From an uncultured Bacillota bacterium (GTDB taxonomy: Bacteria; Bacillota; DTU025; MWDF01): a stretch of 64,000 nucleotides of DNA. The notes under the pieces were generated by a model. The model was not told where the DNA came from. It saw nothing but the letters and a program-made list of their open reading frames with translations, and ran no database searches. How positions within the stretch are numbered: position 1 is the stretch's first letter; the number at the start of each line of letters is the position of its first letter. This document shows positions 28,074 to 38,800 of the stretch, piece by piece. The translations under genes were made by a program, and so were the position numbers. The stretch covers positions 160,001-224,000 of the forward strand of contig CAWGMK010000013.1 of the NCBI GenBank assembly GCA_963823655.1. Reading direction: 5' to 3'.

Positions 28074-31000
28074 TTGAAAACAAAGTGGTTAAGATTATCT
28101 TTAGTCGTTAGCATTGTGCTTGCCATGGCATTCGCAGTTAGTGCCTCGCCAAGCCAACCTGGACTGCCTTTTACGATGGACGGGGACACTGGAGCAATTA
28201 CGTGGTATCCAGCAACAGCAGCTTTTCCGATTTATATACCACTGCCTCCACTGCCTCCTATTCCGGTCCCAAATTTCGTAGATTACTATTCTTGGCAGCT
28301 ATATTTGAATGGGGCGTTAGCCTCATTAACACAGAGGGCCAATACATCACTGCCGCCAGCGGCGACTTTCGATGGGACTATTTGGACTGACGACCTAGAC
28401 AATGGAATTGCGGGCACGGTCACTCCACTTGGCCCTGGGCATTATGACCTCGCTATCTACGCTGTAGATGTAGAGGATATGCCCACACCTAACTCGCTGA
28501 CACAGACCCAGCATTTCACCATTCTTCCTTTGACGCCTACCGTAGCGGCTGTGGAGGAAGTCTGGAATCCAGATGGCACATACCATATAACATGGAGCGT
28601 GCAGCCTGGAGTTGAGAGCGCCTATGTCGAATGGACAGTAAACGGTGTTCCATACAACAGCGGATGGATTGCAAACTCCGGCGCATATGATACTGGTGCG
28701 ATAGATCCATTGTATTTCTGGGATGCCAACAGCATTTCGGTAATTGTTAGAGATACCGAATCAATGCTGTCGAGCCTTCCAGGTACAACGACAATCAATG
28801 CAACCCCTTGGGCACCCGAAACAGTTACGCTTAATGTTACGGGGGCACCAGACTGGGTGATTAACTATTCATATGCAGCTCCGGGAGTAGACCCTGATTA
28901 CTTCGAATGGAGACTGTACGGATCATACTATGGCTATGCTATAGGATATATAACTCAGGGAATAGAAGACGGAGATAAGAACTTCGCTATTGACTTTAAT
29001 CCAGTTGATGACTCGACCTTGAGCAATATCTATGAAACGGAAAATGCCCATTATTGGACAATGACTGTACAAGCCTTTGCGCCCGATGATGGAGAAGCCG
29101 GAGGCTCAAATTCAGCCAGTCCTTACGGCATACCTTACGGGACTCCATCGATAGTGGCAAATGTAACCTTAGACCCGGATGCAAATCCGTGGGTATTTAC
29201 CGTTACCTATCATGACGATTATAACGATTATGCCTGGGGCATTAAAGGACCTACGGGTTACATCAATAATGTATGGCTACGCTTCATCTATGATGGAAGT
29301 ATCTTTACTGAAAATGAATTCCCTACTATGGTTCCTTTGGCAACGGGCGAGATACAGCTTACCGTAAACCCGGGAGCTGATTTATCGAATCCGAATTTCG
29401 TCAATAAATACAATGACTGGAGCGTTGAGGCGACTCCACGGGTATACTGCCCAACCACTGCCATGCATGAAATGGGAATGACGAGCATGGCCTTCGAGAC
29501 TGTATGCCCGCCGTTCGCTGCTCCGGCACCTGGTGCAACGTATTACGGCGCCTACCCGCCTGGAACGCAGGTACCTGAATATGTAGTAGGACCTTATCCG
29601 TCTGGCGGACCGGTACCTAATACATTTGAGCAGGGCGTAACTAGCGGATTGTCGCTTACGACTGCATGGCAGTTGCCTGCGAAACCGTTAACCTATTATG
29701 GGAACGACTTATACCTGCAATCGTTTGTTGAATACCAAGACTCAACAGCATTTGCAGGGCCATATTCGCTCTTCTCACAACATGATGTACCGTGGGATAA
29801 TGATACTCACTCCCGCGTATTCGGTACACCCCCAGCGTCAGTGACTTTCTATAAAGCGATAGTCAACATGCAGTACAACAACTTCGGAGATGCCTTGGGC
29901 GGAGGCTCGGGCTCATTTGAAGATGTATCGCCTGATGCTGAAATCGACAACTGGGAAGTCGATGACCTTAATCCAGATCCGGCAACCGCGAAGACGATGG
30001 TGGAAGAGCCGATTACTGAAGCATTCGGCAACCCATGGACTTTCACTTTCGTAGCGCCGCTGACGCCTGACTTCGACGAGTGGCAGGCTTTCCTCAGGGA
30101 GATGACATTTGGGCCGGCAATAACGGTATCGCCTTGGACCCTCTCATATCCTGGGGCGTTAGTCACTTGGACCGTGGATCAGGCGACTTTCGAATCCGAC
30201 ATCACACCGTTCCTGCCGTTCGGAGATCCTTTCGGCTGGTACAGGTTCGGTGTGCGCACCAGCGATAATACAGTGCCGTCAGATAACGACTTCATGGATG
30301 GCAACAATATGGATCCGCTGGTGTTCGAATACACTCTGTACGATGCCCTAGGCAAGATAACCGACCTAGACAAGCTTGCGGGCAGCGTCAGCATAGAGAT
30401 GCTTACTGCAGAGAGGGTAAGAGCAAGCTGGAGGGCCGTAGACCATAAGCCTTTCGGAGTGTTCCTCACCAACATACATTACAAAGCACAACTTCAGTAC
30501 TTAGACCCCAATCTCGGAGCATGGATAGCTGTCGATGAGACAGACTTCATCTATCCCTACACACCGGGTCCTGGAGTGCATCTAACAGACCCAGTAATGC
30601 ACGCTGAATTCTGCGCCGGAGACTATGATTATCCTGCAGGCGATTACAGAGTAAAGGTGTATTACGGCTATGAGATGCCTATGGGCGGCTGGTTGTATGA
30701 CGATGCCGGAAGCGCCATGAGCGATCAATTCGAAATTGAGTTCGAAGGATTCGCAATGGCGGCCCCGACTGCTGTCAATCCGGGCATGCTGACTGGTTTC
30801 TCATGGGTCAGCCCTGACTTAGACCTAGCTAATGAACCTCATATAATGGAATATCAGGTTGAGGTTTATGGGGCAAACGGGCTTGAACATGACGAAACAC
30901 TCTCAGGAGAGACTATGAACCTCGCATTTGATCCTGCTGCATGGTGGCCGCACGGTAACGTGTACTCCACCTATAGGGCAAGGGTAAGGGCTGTTGACAG

Positions 31001-34000
31001 CCTCGGCAGAACAGGAGATTGGAGCCCGCTTAGCGCAGAAGGCAACTTCCCACTACCTCTCATTAGTGCGTATTTGTTCGATGTGAGGCATGCTGATGGA
31101 AGTATTGCCAATCCGAGCACACCTATGACCGACAGGGAGCTGCGAGTGACATTCGGAAAATTCGATGTCGCTCCAGCAGGATTCATCAACTGGGATCCCA
31201 ATAAGGTAACATTCGATCTACAGGTTGATGTTTCGATCCCGCTGGAAAGGTGGTATTACGCTCTACTGCAGAACCAGTTCATAGAAGAAGGACACGTTGT
31301 ACCAGTAGGAGTAGAAGACTATGTAAAGGATTACATGTTCTACTTCAGACCGCTCTACGATGGTGTCCCGATGATGTCTGCATGGTCACAAAAGGGTCCG
31401 TTTACAATCGACCTTCAAGGACCAGCAGCACCTACAGGTCTTGGCGTAACAGTCAATCCTGTTACTGCAGGACCGACCTTTGATTGGGACTTCAACTGGA
31501 ATGACATGGCTACGGCAACTACCTATGATCTGACGATCAACAGGTTGTCTGCTGCAGGCGGAGCAGTTGATGCTACCCATATAGCGAAGGGCCTTACCGT
31601 ATCTGAGCTGCTGAACTTCAGTCCCGCGACTTACTTCAGCGACAGAGTATACGGCTTCTACAACTGCTCAGTAGTAGCATATGACTCGCTAGGCAACGCA
31701 AGCCTACCTGCAACGGCGACGTTCTCTCAAGGACTGCCGAGCCTTAACGTCAGCACAGTGACGGCAAGCTCAACGCAGATCTCATGGGCTACGTCAATCG
31801 AAAGGGTATCCTACGATGTCAAGCTAGTCGGAGACAACGGTCTCGAGTATGAGTGGGAGAATCTGACCACCTCGCCTCTGGCAATAAACCTCGCAACGCT
31901 ATTCGCAGGCCAAAATGTTTACACTAAGTGGGTAGCGTATGTAAGGGCTTATGACAGGGACGGAAATGTCGGAGACTGGTACTCCGGCACGTTCACACTC
32001 AGTCTGCCTAACTTTACAGGCCTGACTTTTGAAGTCTATAAGTCAGACAGCACAGTCGCACCAGTTTCCCCCACGAAGATGATCGATAGGGAGCTGTTCG
32101 TAAGGTGGGCGGAATACAATACAGTACCAGCAGGCTTTATCAACTGGGATAAGAGCAAGGTAACATTCCAGCTGAAGGGCCAGCTCAGCATCGACTCGAC
32201 AAGGACTCTCGACGTAGTTGAGATCAACAACGGCGAGACCAGCGTTCTTGTGCCCGTCGGAGAAGCAGGCAAGGAGATCGGATACACCTTCACCGTGGAT
32301 ATGTTCTACGACGGAGTACTCGTAACCCAGTCGGCAATATTGTCCAAGGGCGTCTATGTAATAGACCTCAAGGCACCGACTGCTGCAAGTCCCAATGCAC
32401 CAACAATTGACAGAGCAGGAGCGCCGACCTCATACAAGGTGAACTTTATGTGGTCGACCGCATCTGACCCTGTGAACTATGACGTTATAGTAAACAGGCT
32501 GTCTAATGTAAGCGGAGCAGTTGACGCGACTTATGTACAGACAAATGTCACAACGCCTTATCTGTCGAACTTCGAGCTTACGACTCACTTCGGCGACAGG
32601 GTATTCGGTGACTATGAATTCATGGTAGTAAGCCGCGACTCGATGGGCAACACAAGCACATCAAGTAAAGTTGCGTTCTCGGTACCAGCACCCGCCAAGA
32701 CAATAAGCAGCGTAACGCTTACACAGACGCTGCTGTCTTGGAGCGCTGCAGCCGAAGCAGTGAAATATGATATGTGGATAATGAGCGACAATGGACTAGA
32801 GTTCATCTGGCAGAATTACACAGGAACAAGCGTGGCCATAGACCTTGCAATCCTGTTCCCAGGCAAGAACGTGTACACCAGGTGGACGGCTCGCGTCAGG
32901 GCGTACGACAGGGACGGCAATGCAGGCCTATGGTACAGCAATGTAGCAACCTTCGGACTTCCTAACTTCTCGGCTCTGAGCTTTGAGGTTTACAAGTTCG
33001 ACGGAAGCGTCGCACCTGTATCGCCGACCAAGATGAACGTCAGAGACCTCTTCGTGAAGTGGGCTGAGTATAACTCGATGCCTGCCGGCTTCATCAACTG
33101 GGACAAGACGAAGGTCACGTTCCAGCTGAAGGCGCAACTAAGCATCGACTCAACTCAGTCTATCGACGTAGTAGGTATCAACAACGGAGAAACCAATGTA
33201 CAAGTACCTGTCGGCGAGGTCGGCAAGGAGATAGGTTACAGCTTCACGGTAGACATGTTCTACGATGGGGTGAAAGTAACGCAGGTATCTCCAGTGACCA
33301 AGCAGACATATGTAATCGACCTGAAGGCACCAGGGGTACCTACAGGCCTAGTACATAACATAGCGGTTGCTCCGTGGACATTCAGCTGGGTCAATGGCGG
33401 AGGCGCGGACACAACAGGTTATGTGTTCGAGCTTCAGAAGAGGGATCCAGTAACAGGCCTAGTTATAAACGACTACACCCTCGACCTTACGGGTACGAGC
33501 ACGACAGTCAATCCTCTTGAGCTCAACTGGAGCGTGTTCGGATCATACTGGTGGAGAGTAAGCGCTTATGACCAGTTCAGAAATCTCAGCTCCTCTGGAT
33601 GGGTGAGCTTCGTTTACACCCTGAACAGCGCAATAGCGCCTTGGAGCATGAATTATGAGCTGGTAGGCGAAGAGAACAGCATCTGGGATTTCATTCTCGA
33701 ATTCTCCAACAAGAGGACGGCCCTATTCAGCTGGTCAGTACCTAGCGTACCAGTGATAGGCCTCGATATGGAGCAGGTCGATTACGTATTCGAGCTGCAG
33801 AAGTCAACTGGCGCAGGGTGGGTAAATGTTAAGGAATACTCACTCACTTGGAACCCGACTTACATGGAATCTGAAGTCACGGTCGGCATCACCGACGAGA
33901 CGACATATTACAGAGGCCGTGTGAGAGCCGAGTACCAGACTGAGCAGACAGGCTGGATCTACTCTAATGTGTTTGCTATCGACTTGGAGAGGCCAGAGTT

Positions 34001-34781
34001 CATAGAAGGAGCCGAGGCGCCGAGTTACAGCAGCACAGACGAGGAGTATCCGAGCTGGCTGTTCACATGGGACATAGCGACAGATGAGGAAGTAGGCCTA
34101 GGAGGGTTCCTGTTCGTACTAGAAAGGCTGGAAGGCGACACGACTCACGCGATAGCGATGATCGACCTGCCAGTAGAGTATGAAGAGCCCGAAGACGACA
34201 GCATAGGAGCCTACAGCTTCGGCTTCGAGGAAGGCAAGTACCTGTTGGAGATGGATCCGTTCGAGTACGTAGAGACGATCGACGGCATCTTCCGCTACAC
34301 GGTAATACCTTACGACAGGCTGGAGAACCTCGGCGGCCCGATAGCAGGGGAGTTCACGTCGGTATGGTCCGGCGGGGGCAACTACGGCACATACCCGTTC
34401 ATCAACCTGTATGACAACTGGATGGGTGAGAAGCAGCTAATCGGGACAGTGAACAACAACACGTACGCGACGATAAGCTTCGACATCTTCGGCCTGGAGG
34501 GCTACACGCTGGAGTTCAGGCTCAACGGGACACTGCTTGTAGAGGGCACAGACTTCAGGCTGATAGACTCGCCGTACGGAAGCGACCTGTACTACCTGGT
34601 ACTGCTTGAAAGCGTACGCGACATGATACAAGCGGACGACATGGGCGAGCTTGAGATCTACGCATACGTAGAAGAGGACGACATAGTAGTGCAGTTCACG
34701 GTTGATGCGTTCAGTTACATCTACCTGAACCAGAGGACAGGGTTCGGCTTCGGCCGTTTCCGCCCTGCCCTTAATGACTAG
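28074..34781 (+). CDS. Giant secreted protein 1 (2235 aa): unique ~900-aa N-region, 3 three-domain Fn3/Ig-like modules, conserved C-terminus ending GFGFGRFRPALND
   Basis: Uninterrupted ORF, Sec signal peptide (..AMAFAVSA), repeated NVY..W.A.VRAYDRDG / GFINWD..KVTF / YDG...IDL..P motifs with ~955-bp period. Confidence 0.9.
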   Translation: MKTKWLRLSLVVSIVLAMAFAVSASPSQPGLPFTMDGDTGAITWYPATAAFPIYIPLPPLPPIPVPNFVDYYSWQLYLNGALASLTQRANTSLPPAATFDGTIWTDDLDNGIAGTVTPLGPGHYDLAIYAVDVEDMPTPNSLTQTQHFTILPLTPTVAAVEEVWNPDGTYHITWSVQPGVESAYVEWTVNGVPYNSGWIANSGAYDTGAIDPLYFWDANSISVIVRDTESMLSSLPGTTTINATPWAPETVTLNVTGAPDWVINYSYAAPGVDPDYFEWRLYGSYYGYAIGYITQGIEDGDKNFAIDFNPVDDSTLSNIYETENAHYWTMTVQAFAPDDGEAGGSNSASPYGIPYGTPSIVANVTLDPDANPWVFTVTYHDDYNDYAWGIKGPTGYINNVWLRFIYDGSIFTENEFPTMVPLATGEIQLTVNPGADLSNPNFVNKYNDWSVEATPRVYCPTTAMHEMGMTSMAFETVCPPFAAPAPGATYYGAYPPGTQVPEYVVGPYPSGGPVPNTFEQGVTSGLSLTTAWQLPAKPLTYYGNDLYLQSFVEYQDSTAFAGPYSLFSQHDVPWDNDTHSRVFGTPPASVTFYKAIVNMQYNNFGDALGGGSGSFEDVSPDAEIDNWEVDDLNPDPATAKTMVEEPITEAFGNPWTFTFVAPLTPDFDEWQAFLREMTFGPAITVSPWTLSYPGALVTWTVDQATFESDITPFLPFGDPFGWYRFGVRTSDNTVPSDNDFMDGNNMDPLVFEYTLYDALGKITDLDKLAGSVSIEMLTAERVRASWRAVDHKPFGVFLTNIHYKAQLQYLDPNLGAWIAVDETDFIYPYTPGPGVHLTDPVMHAEFCAGDYDYPAGDYRVKVYYGYEMPMGGWLYDDAGSAMSDQFEIEFEGFAMAAPTAVNPGMLTGFSWVSPDLDLANEPHIMEYQVEVYGANGLEHDETLSGETMNLAFDPAAWWPHGNVYSTYRARVRAVDSLGRTGDWSPLSAEGNFPLPLISAYLFDVRHADGSIANPSTPMTDRELRVTFGKFDVAPAGFINWDPNKVTFDLQVDVSIPLERWYYALLQNQFIEEGHVVPVGVEDYVKDYMFYFRPLYDGVPMMSAWSQKGPFTIDLQGPAAPTGLGVTVNPVTAGPTFDWDFNWNDMATATTYDLTINRLSAAGGAVDATHIAKGLTVSELLNFSPATYFSDRVYGFYNCSVVAYDSLGNASLPATATFSQGLPSLNVSTVTASSTQISWATSIERVSYDVKLVGDNGLEYEWENLTTSPLAINLATLFAGQNVYTKWVAYVRAYDRDGNVGDWYSGTFTLSLPNFTGLTFEVYKSDSTVAPVSPTKMIDRELFVRWAEYNTVPAGFINWDKSKVTFQLKGQLSIDSTRTLDVVEINNGETSVLVPVGEAGKEIGYTFTVDMFYDGVLVTQSAILSKGVYVIDLKAPTAASPNAPTIDRAGAPTSYKVNFMWSTASDPVNYDVIVNRLSNVSGAVDATYVQTNVTTPYLSNFELTTHFGDRVFGDYEFMVVSRDSMGNTSTSSKVAFSVPAPAKTISSVTLTQTLLSWSAAAEAVKYDMWIMSDNGLEFIWQNYTGTSVAIDLAILFPGKNVYTRWTARVRAYDRDGNAGLWYSNVATFGLPNFSALSFEVYKFDGSVAPVSPTKMNVRDLFVKWAEYNSMPAGFINWDKTKVTFQLKAQLSIDSTQSIDVVGINNGETNVQVPVGEVGKEIGYSFTVDMFYDGVKVTQVSPVTKQTYVIDLKAPGVPTGLVHNIAVAPWTFSWVNGGGADTTGYVFELQKRDPVTGLVINDYTLDLTGTSTTVNPLELNWSVFGSYWWRVSAYDQFRNLSSSGWVSFVYTLNSAIAPWSMNYELVGEENSIWDFILEFSNKRTALFSWSVPSVPVIGLDMEQVDYVFELQKSTGAGWVNVKEYSLTWNPTYMESEVTVGITDETTYYRGRVRAEYQTEQTGWIYSNVFAIDLERPEFIEGAEAPSYSSTDEEYPSWLFTWDIATDEEVGLGGFLFVLERLEGDTTHAIAMIDLPVEYEEPEDDSIGAYSFGFEEGKYLLEMDPFEYVETIDGIFRYTVIPYDRLENLGGPIAGEFTSVWSGGGNYGTYPFINLYDNWMGEKQLIGTVNNNTYATISFDIFGLEGYTLEFRLNGTLLVEGTDFRLIDSPYGSDLYYLVLLESVRDMIQADDMGELEIYAYVEEDDIVVQFTVDAFSYIYLNQRTGFGFGRFRPALND

Positions 34782-35430
34782 CCGAGCGGCGGAACGTAAA
34801 GGAGGTAAAGAAGAATGAAAAAGACTCTTAGGGTTCTTGCCGCAGTCCTGGCGTTGATGATGCTAGTAGGAATGTCGGGCTGCATCAACGGCGAGTGGGA
34901 TGAGGCAGAGGCAGACCAGTCAGCGCGCGAGCTGCTTGAGGCATTCGTGGGAGCGATCGAAGGGTTCGACGTCGACACGATAGACTTCATGCTGGCGGAC
35001 GGGTTCCAGCTTGAGATCTACGAAGGGTTCGTACACACTCAGACAAAGAGCAGGGCGCAACTGATGGGCGAGCTGAATGCTGATGAGACCTACCAGCTGA
35101 CGCTAAGAAGCGAGGGTTATGTGATGGATCTGGCAACCACGGAGCTGATATGCAACGTGGAGCCGGACGAATTGCTGACGATGCCCGAGTACGAACAGGA
35201 CTTCGCGGTGGAAGAGCTGGCAGTGATGCTGGGCTTGGATCCGGTATGGGTATCCGACACAGGGAACATGAAGTTCACATTGGTGTGGGATGCGAGCGGC
35301 GAATACAAGATCTACCTGATGGAGATCTTCTTCGACGCAAATCCCGAGGAACTGGTACCGGAAGACTAGATCAAGCAAGCTGACCGAATAAACGAAGCAG
35401 GGGCCGCTCCTTCAATGGGGCGGCCCTTGC
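33971..35430 (+). repeat. 1460-bp direct repeat, copy 1 (copy 2 at 43413-44872, offset 9442)
   Basis: Manual comparison found 4 substitutions: 34082/43524, 34139/43581, 34477/43919 and 35264/44706. Confidence 0.95.
34815..35369 (+). CDS. Acidic lipoprotein, probable NTF2/SnoaL-like fold (copy 1)
   Basis: SD AAGGAGGT, lipobox MSG-C, pattern ARELLEAF...D......LADGF.L.....KSRAQL and terminal strands ..EYKI.. Confidence 0.85.
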   Translation: MKKTLRVLAAVLALMMLVGMSGCINGEWDEAEADQSARELLEAFVGAIEGFDVDTIDFMLADGFQLEIYEGFVHTQTKSRAQLMGELNADETYQLTLRSEGYVMDLATTELICNVEPDELLTMPEYEQDFAVEELAVMLGLDPVWVSDTGNMKFTLVWDASGEYKIYLMEIFFDANPEELVPED

Positions 35431-35434
35431 TTTG
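35396..35434 (+). terminator. Terminator of cassette 1
   Basis: GCAGGGGCCGCTCC-TTCAAT-GGGGCGGCCCTTGC followed by TTT. Confidence 0.8.
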
Positions 35435-35826
35435 ATCTATAGATGGCAACACCGAAACTGTCATTATTTGAATACGTATAATAGAACATGGTACATATGG
35501 CAAATATATATATCATAGATGGAACTATTGGCATAACCAAGGATATCAGGCAAATAAACAGAAAAGCTAAGAAGGATAACGCTGTTATTGGCAGTATATA
35601 TTAAGTTGGATAAATGTGTAGATTGTTTTATTCGCAAAGCATGCAGAAAAGCTTTTTATAGAGGGAAAGGAAGCTAAGAAAACTCTTAACAATGTATTGA
35701 AAAAAAGAAACGAAACAACAAGAGATGATACAGAATTTGAGGTTTAAAAAGAAATAGGAAAGGATCTGATATGAGAATGATAAATACCTCAAGAATTTGA
35801 AACCTAATAAAAAGGGAGGTAAGCGA

Positions 35827-38800
35827 ATGAGGCGAAGAAATTGGCGAAGTATGATTACAGCAGTTGCAGTTATTGCAATTGCCTTATTTGTGGCAATACC
35901 GGCATCGGCCGCTGTGAGCAATCTTTCAATTAATACAACCAACGGATCAATAAGCTGGGCCCCCGACGCACAAAACTTTGATCCCCTTCCCCTTGCTGAT
36001 CCGTATGGGCGATATTACATACTGGATTATGAGTGGGAATTCACACAATGGGGAGGTCTTAATCTTTCAGGGAATACGGTGGGAACGTTAATAGGAGGTG
36101 ACTACTATAGCAGCTCATATCCAGGGCTGATATCGGTTGATTTACCGGGGACCTCTGGGCCATTACCTTACGGAATATATCATTTAAGAGTACGGCCCGA
36201 TATTTTAAGATTGCTGATTCCTGATCATGATTGGGTAGAGTACACATTATTATATACGGAGGACGTAAGCGGACCTCGCATGATATCAGTGGGCATGTCA
36301 GGCACTTCGACAGGTGCTACTATCAACTGGACTGCGGAAGCGGGAGCAGAGAGGTTTGAAGTAGCGCTAATGGGCACAAATGGCCTTGAGAGAAAATGGA
36401 TAAACGTAACAACAACTGGGATCTCTTTCGTTTGGTCAACGGCCTTTCCCGGGCAAAATGTCTATACTGGCTGGACGGCTTTTGTAAGGGCCTATAATAG
36501 CGATGGTGTCGATGGCCCATGGATGCAGGCTTCTCCGTCCTTTACACTAGCATTGCCAGAAGTTGTTCCGCTAGACTTCACTGTGTCAGATGTCTTTGGG
36601 AGTGCCTTGACGACCGGCACCAGGACAAATATCAGAGAAGTCTTAGTAGAATGGCCACAGTATACAGCGCCAAATATTACAAATTTCGATCCAAACCTTA
36701 TTACCTTTGAACTCATTGCTCAAATGAGTGGAGATTCTGCTGAGAAGTACGAGGTAACAGGAATAAATAATGGAACTACTAGCATAAATGTTCCAGTAGG
36801 CGAATTAGGAAAAGTGATCAGCTATCACTTCACTGTAGATGTATTTTACGATGGAGTAAAGCTATCAACTGTGATCGCGCCTGACAGCTTTGATCTAGTA
36901 ATTGATTTGAAAGGGCCTGCCGCCGTTACTCTTGACACGCCGCTTTTATATCGGCCCAATTATTTGTGGGATTTCAATTGGACAAGAGCCAGTGAAACTG
37001 ACCCACAATATGGGGCAGACTTTAAAATAGAAAGTGTCGAGGGGACTCTTGATGAAACAGTAGTTGGAACTTGGAGTCGCAGTTATAGTAATATTGCTTC
37101 TACTTTCGGCGTTGGAGTCGATCCGAGAGTGATTTTCGATAAGATATTTGGCAGATTTAGAGTGACAGTCACTCCGTTCGATTTATTAGGAAACAGGGGA
37201 ACTCCTGTAAGTCAAGTTTTCGCCTTCGACGCGCCTACTCTCTCTCCAACGATTACTTCATTCAATAGCATAGAAGTAGAGTGGACTTCTGCTACTGAAG
37301 CTGTAAGCTATGATGTGGAGATTAGGAGCGAGAACGGGCATTATACATGGCTTGCTCAGACAGATTTATCAGAATCAATAGATTGGGAAGCCCTATTCCC
37401 AGGCGCGAATGTTTACAAGCTCTGGAAAGCAAAGGTTCGCGCATATGATAGGGACGGCAATGTTGGAGCATGGAGCGCAGAAACAACATTCGACTTCCAA
37501 TTGCCGCAAATGACCACCTTCGCATACGATGTCCTGCATATAGACGGTGCAACTGCAAATATCAATGCGCCTATGACAGACAGGGAGTTGCTTGTAAGGT
37601 GGCCTATGCTGGCAAACGAGCCAGAGTTTATGGGTGAAGTTGACTTCCTCAATTGGGACTACAACAAAGTCACTTTCGACTTGGAAGTCGATATCGTTAG
37701 CAGCGAATCTCTGGCGAACGGCTCATCTTGGTACTATACCCTAATACAAAATCAATATGCCGTAGGGCATATTGTACCTGTAGGGATTGAAGGAGAAGAG
37801 ACTTCATACTCCTTCTGGATCAGGCCTCTTTATGATGGAGTTCCTCTCATGTACTGGGTTTCCGAGTACCCATATATTATTGACCTGAAGGGTCCTCTAG
37901 CTGTGAGCCTATCAGATGTAGCCCCTGTAAGGCCTCCGGCGGGTGCATACAGCTGGCCATTTGTGTGGGCTGCAGCTGAAGAGGAAGATAGCGCTACTCG
38001 CTATGACCTGATAATCGAAAGGCTGGAAGGCACGGATGGTACGGTTGACGCATCTGTGACGATCAGCGGCGAAACTCAGGGAGTTACAGTGAACCCTGAA
38101 GCGTACTTCGATTACATTTTCGGCAGGTTCAGATATACGGTAATACCTTATGACCTGTTAGGCAATGCAGGTATTCCCGTTAGCAAAGTATTTACATTTG
38201 CCGCGCCGACGCTCTCTCCTACGATAACGTCCTTTGATGAAGTGGATGTTACCTGGAGCGAAGCCGTCGAGGCTGTCTCATATGATGTCGAGATAAGAAG
38301 CGAAAACGGGCATCATCTATGGGAGGGTCAGACGGACCTTGTCGAGACTATTGACTGGGCAGTCCTATTCCCCGACTGCAACGTTTATAAGACCTGGCAG
38401 GCAAGAGTCAGGGCGCATGACAGGGATGGCAATATCGGGGCTTGGAGCGACTGGGTGGATGATCACTCCGAGTTCAACTTCCCGTTGCCGGTACAACCGG
38501 CCATGCCCTTAATCGTCAACACCAAATATAACGGACTTGCGCCTACTGATGGTACAGCAATTAATGATAGATACTTATTGGCGCTTTGGACTGGATTTAC
38601 GAGTATCTCTCCTTTGAACTTCATCAATTGGGACCTTAACAAAGTAACATACCAGCTAGACGTAATCCGTGTCCCAGGCATACCATTTATCCAAGTTGAG
38701 ATGAGGGATAGCGACCTCTCTCCCGATGGCTATCTGTTGCAGGTGGGAGAAGAGGGCGATGACGCCATGTACTACATTAGAGTACAGGCAATGTACGAAG

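Noticed and set aside
35440-35605. Repeated TGGCA motifs as sigma54 promoters or operators
   Set aside because: There is no correctly spaced TTGC -12 element and the spacing is irregular in AT-rich DNA.
35827-35910. Tat signal in giant 2 (MRRRNW)
   Set aside because: It lacks the S/T-R-R-x-F-L-K consensus and fits an ordinary Sec signal.
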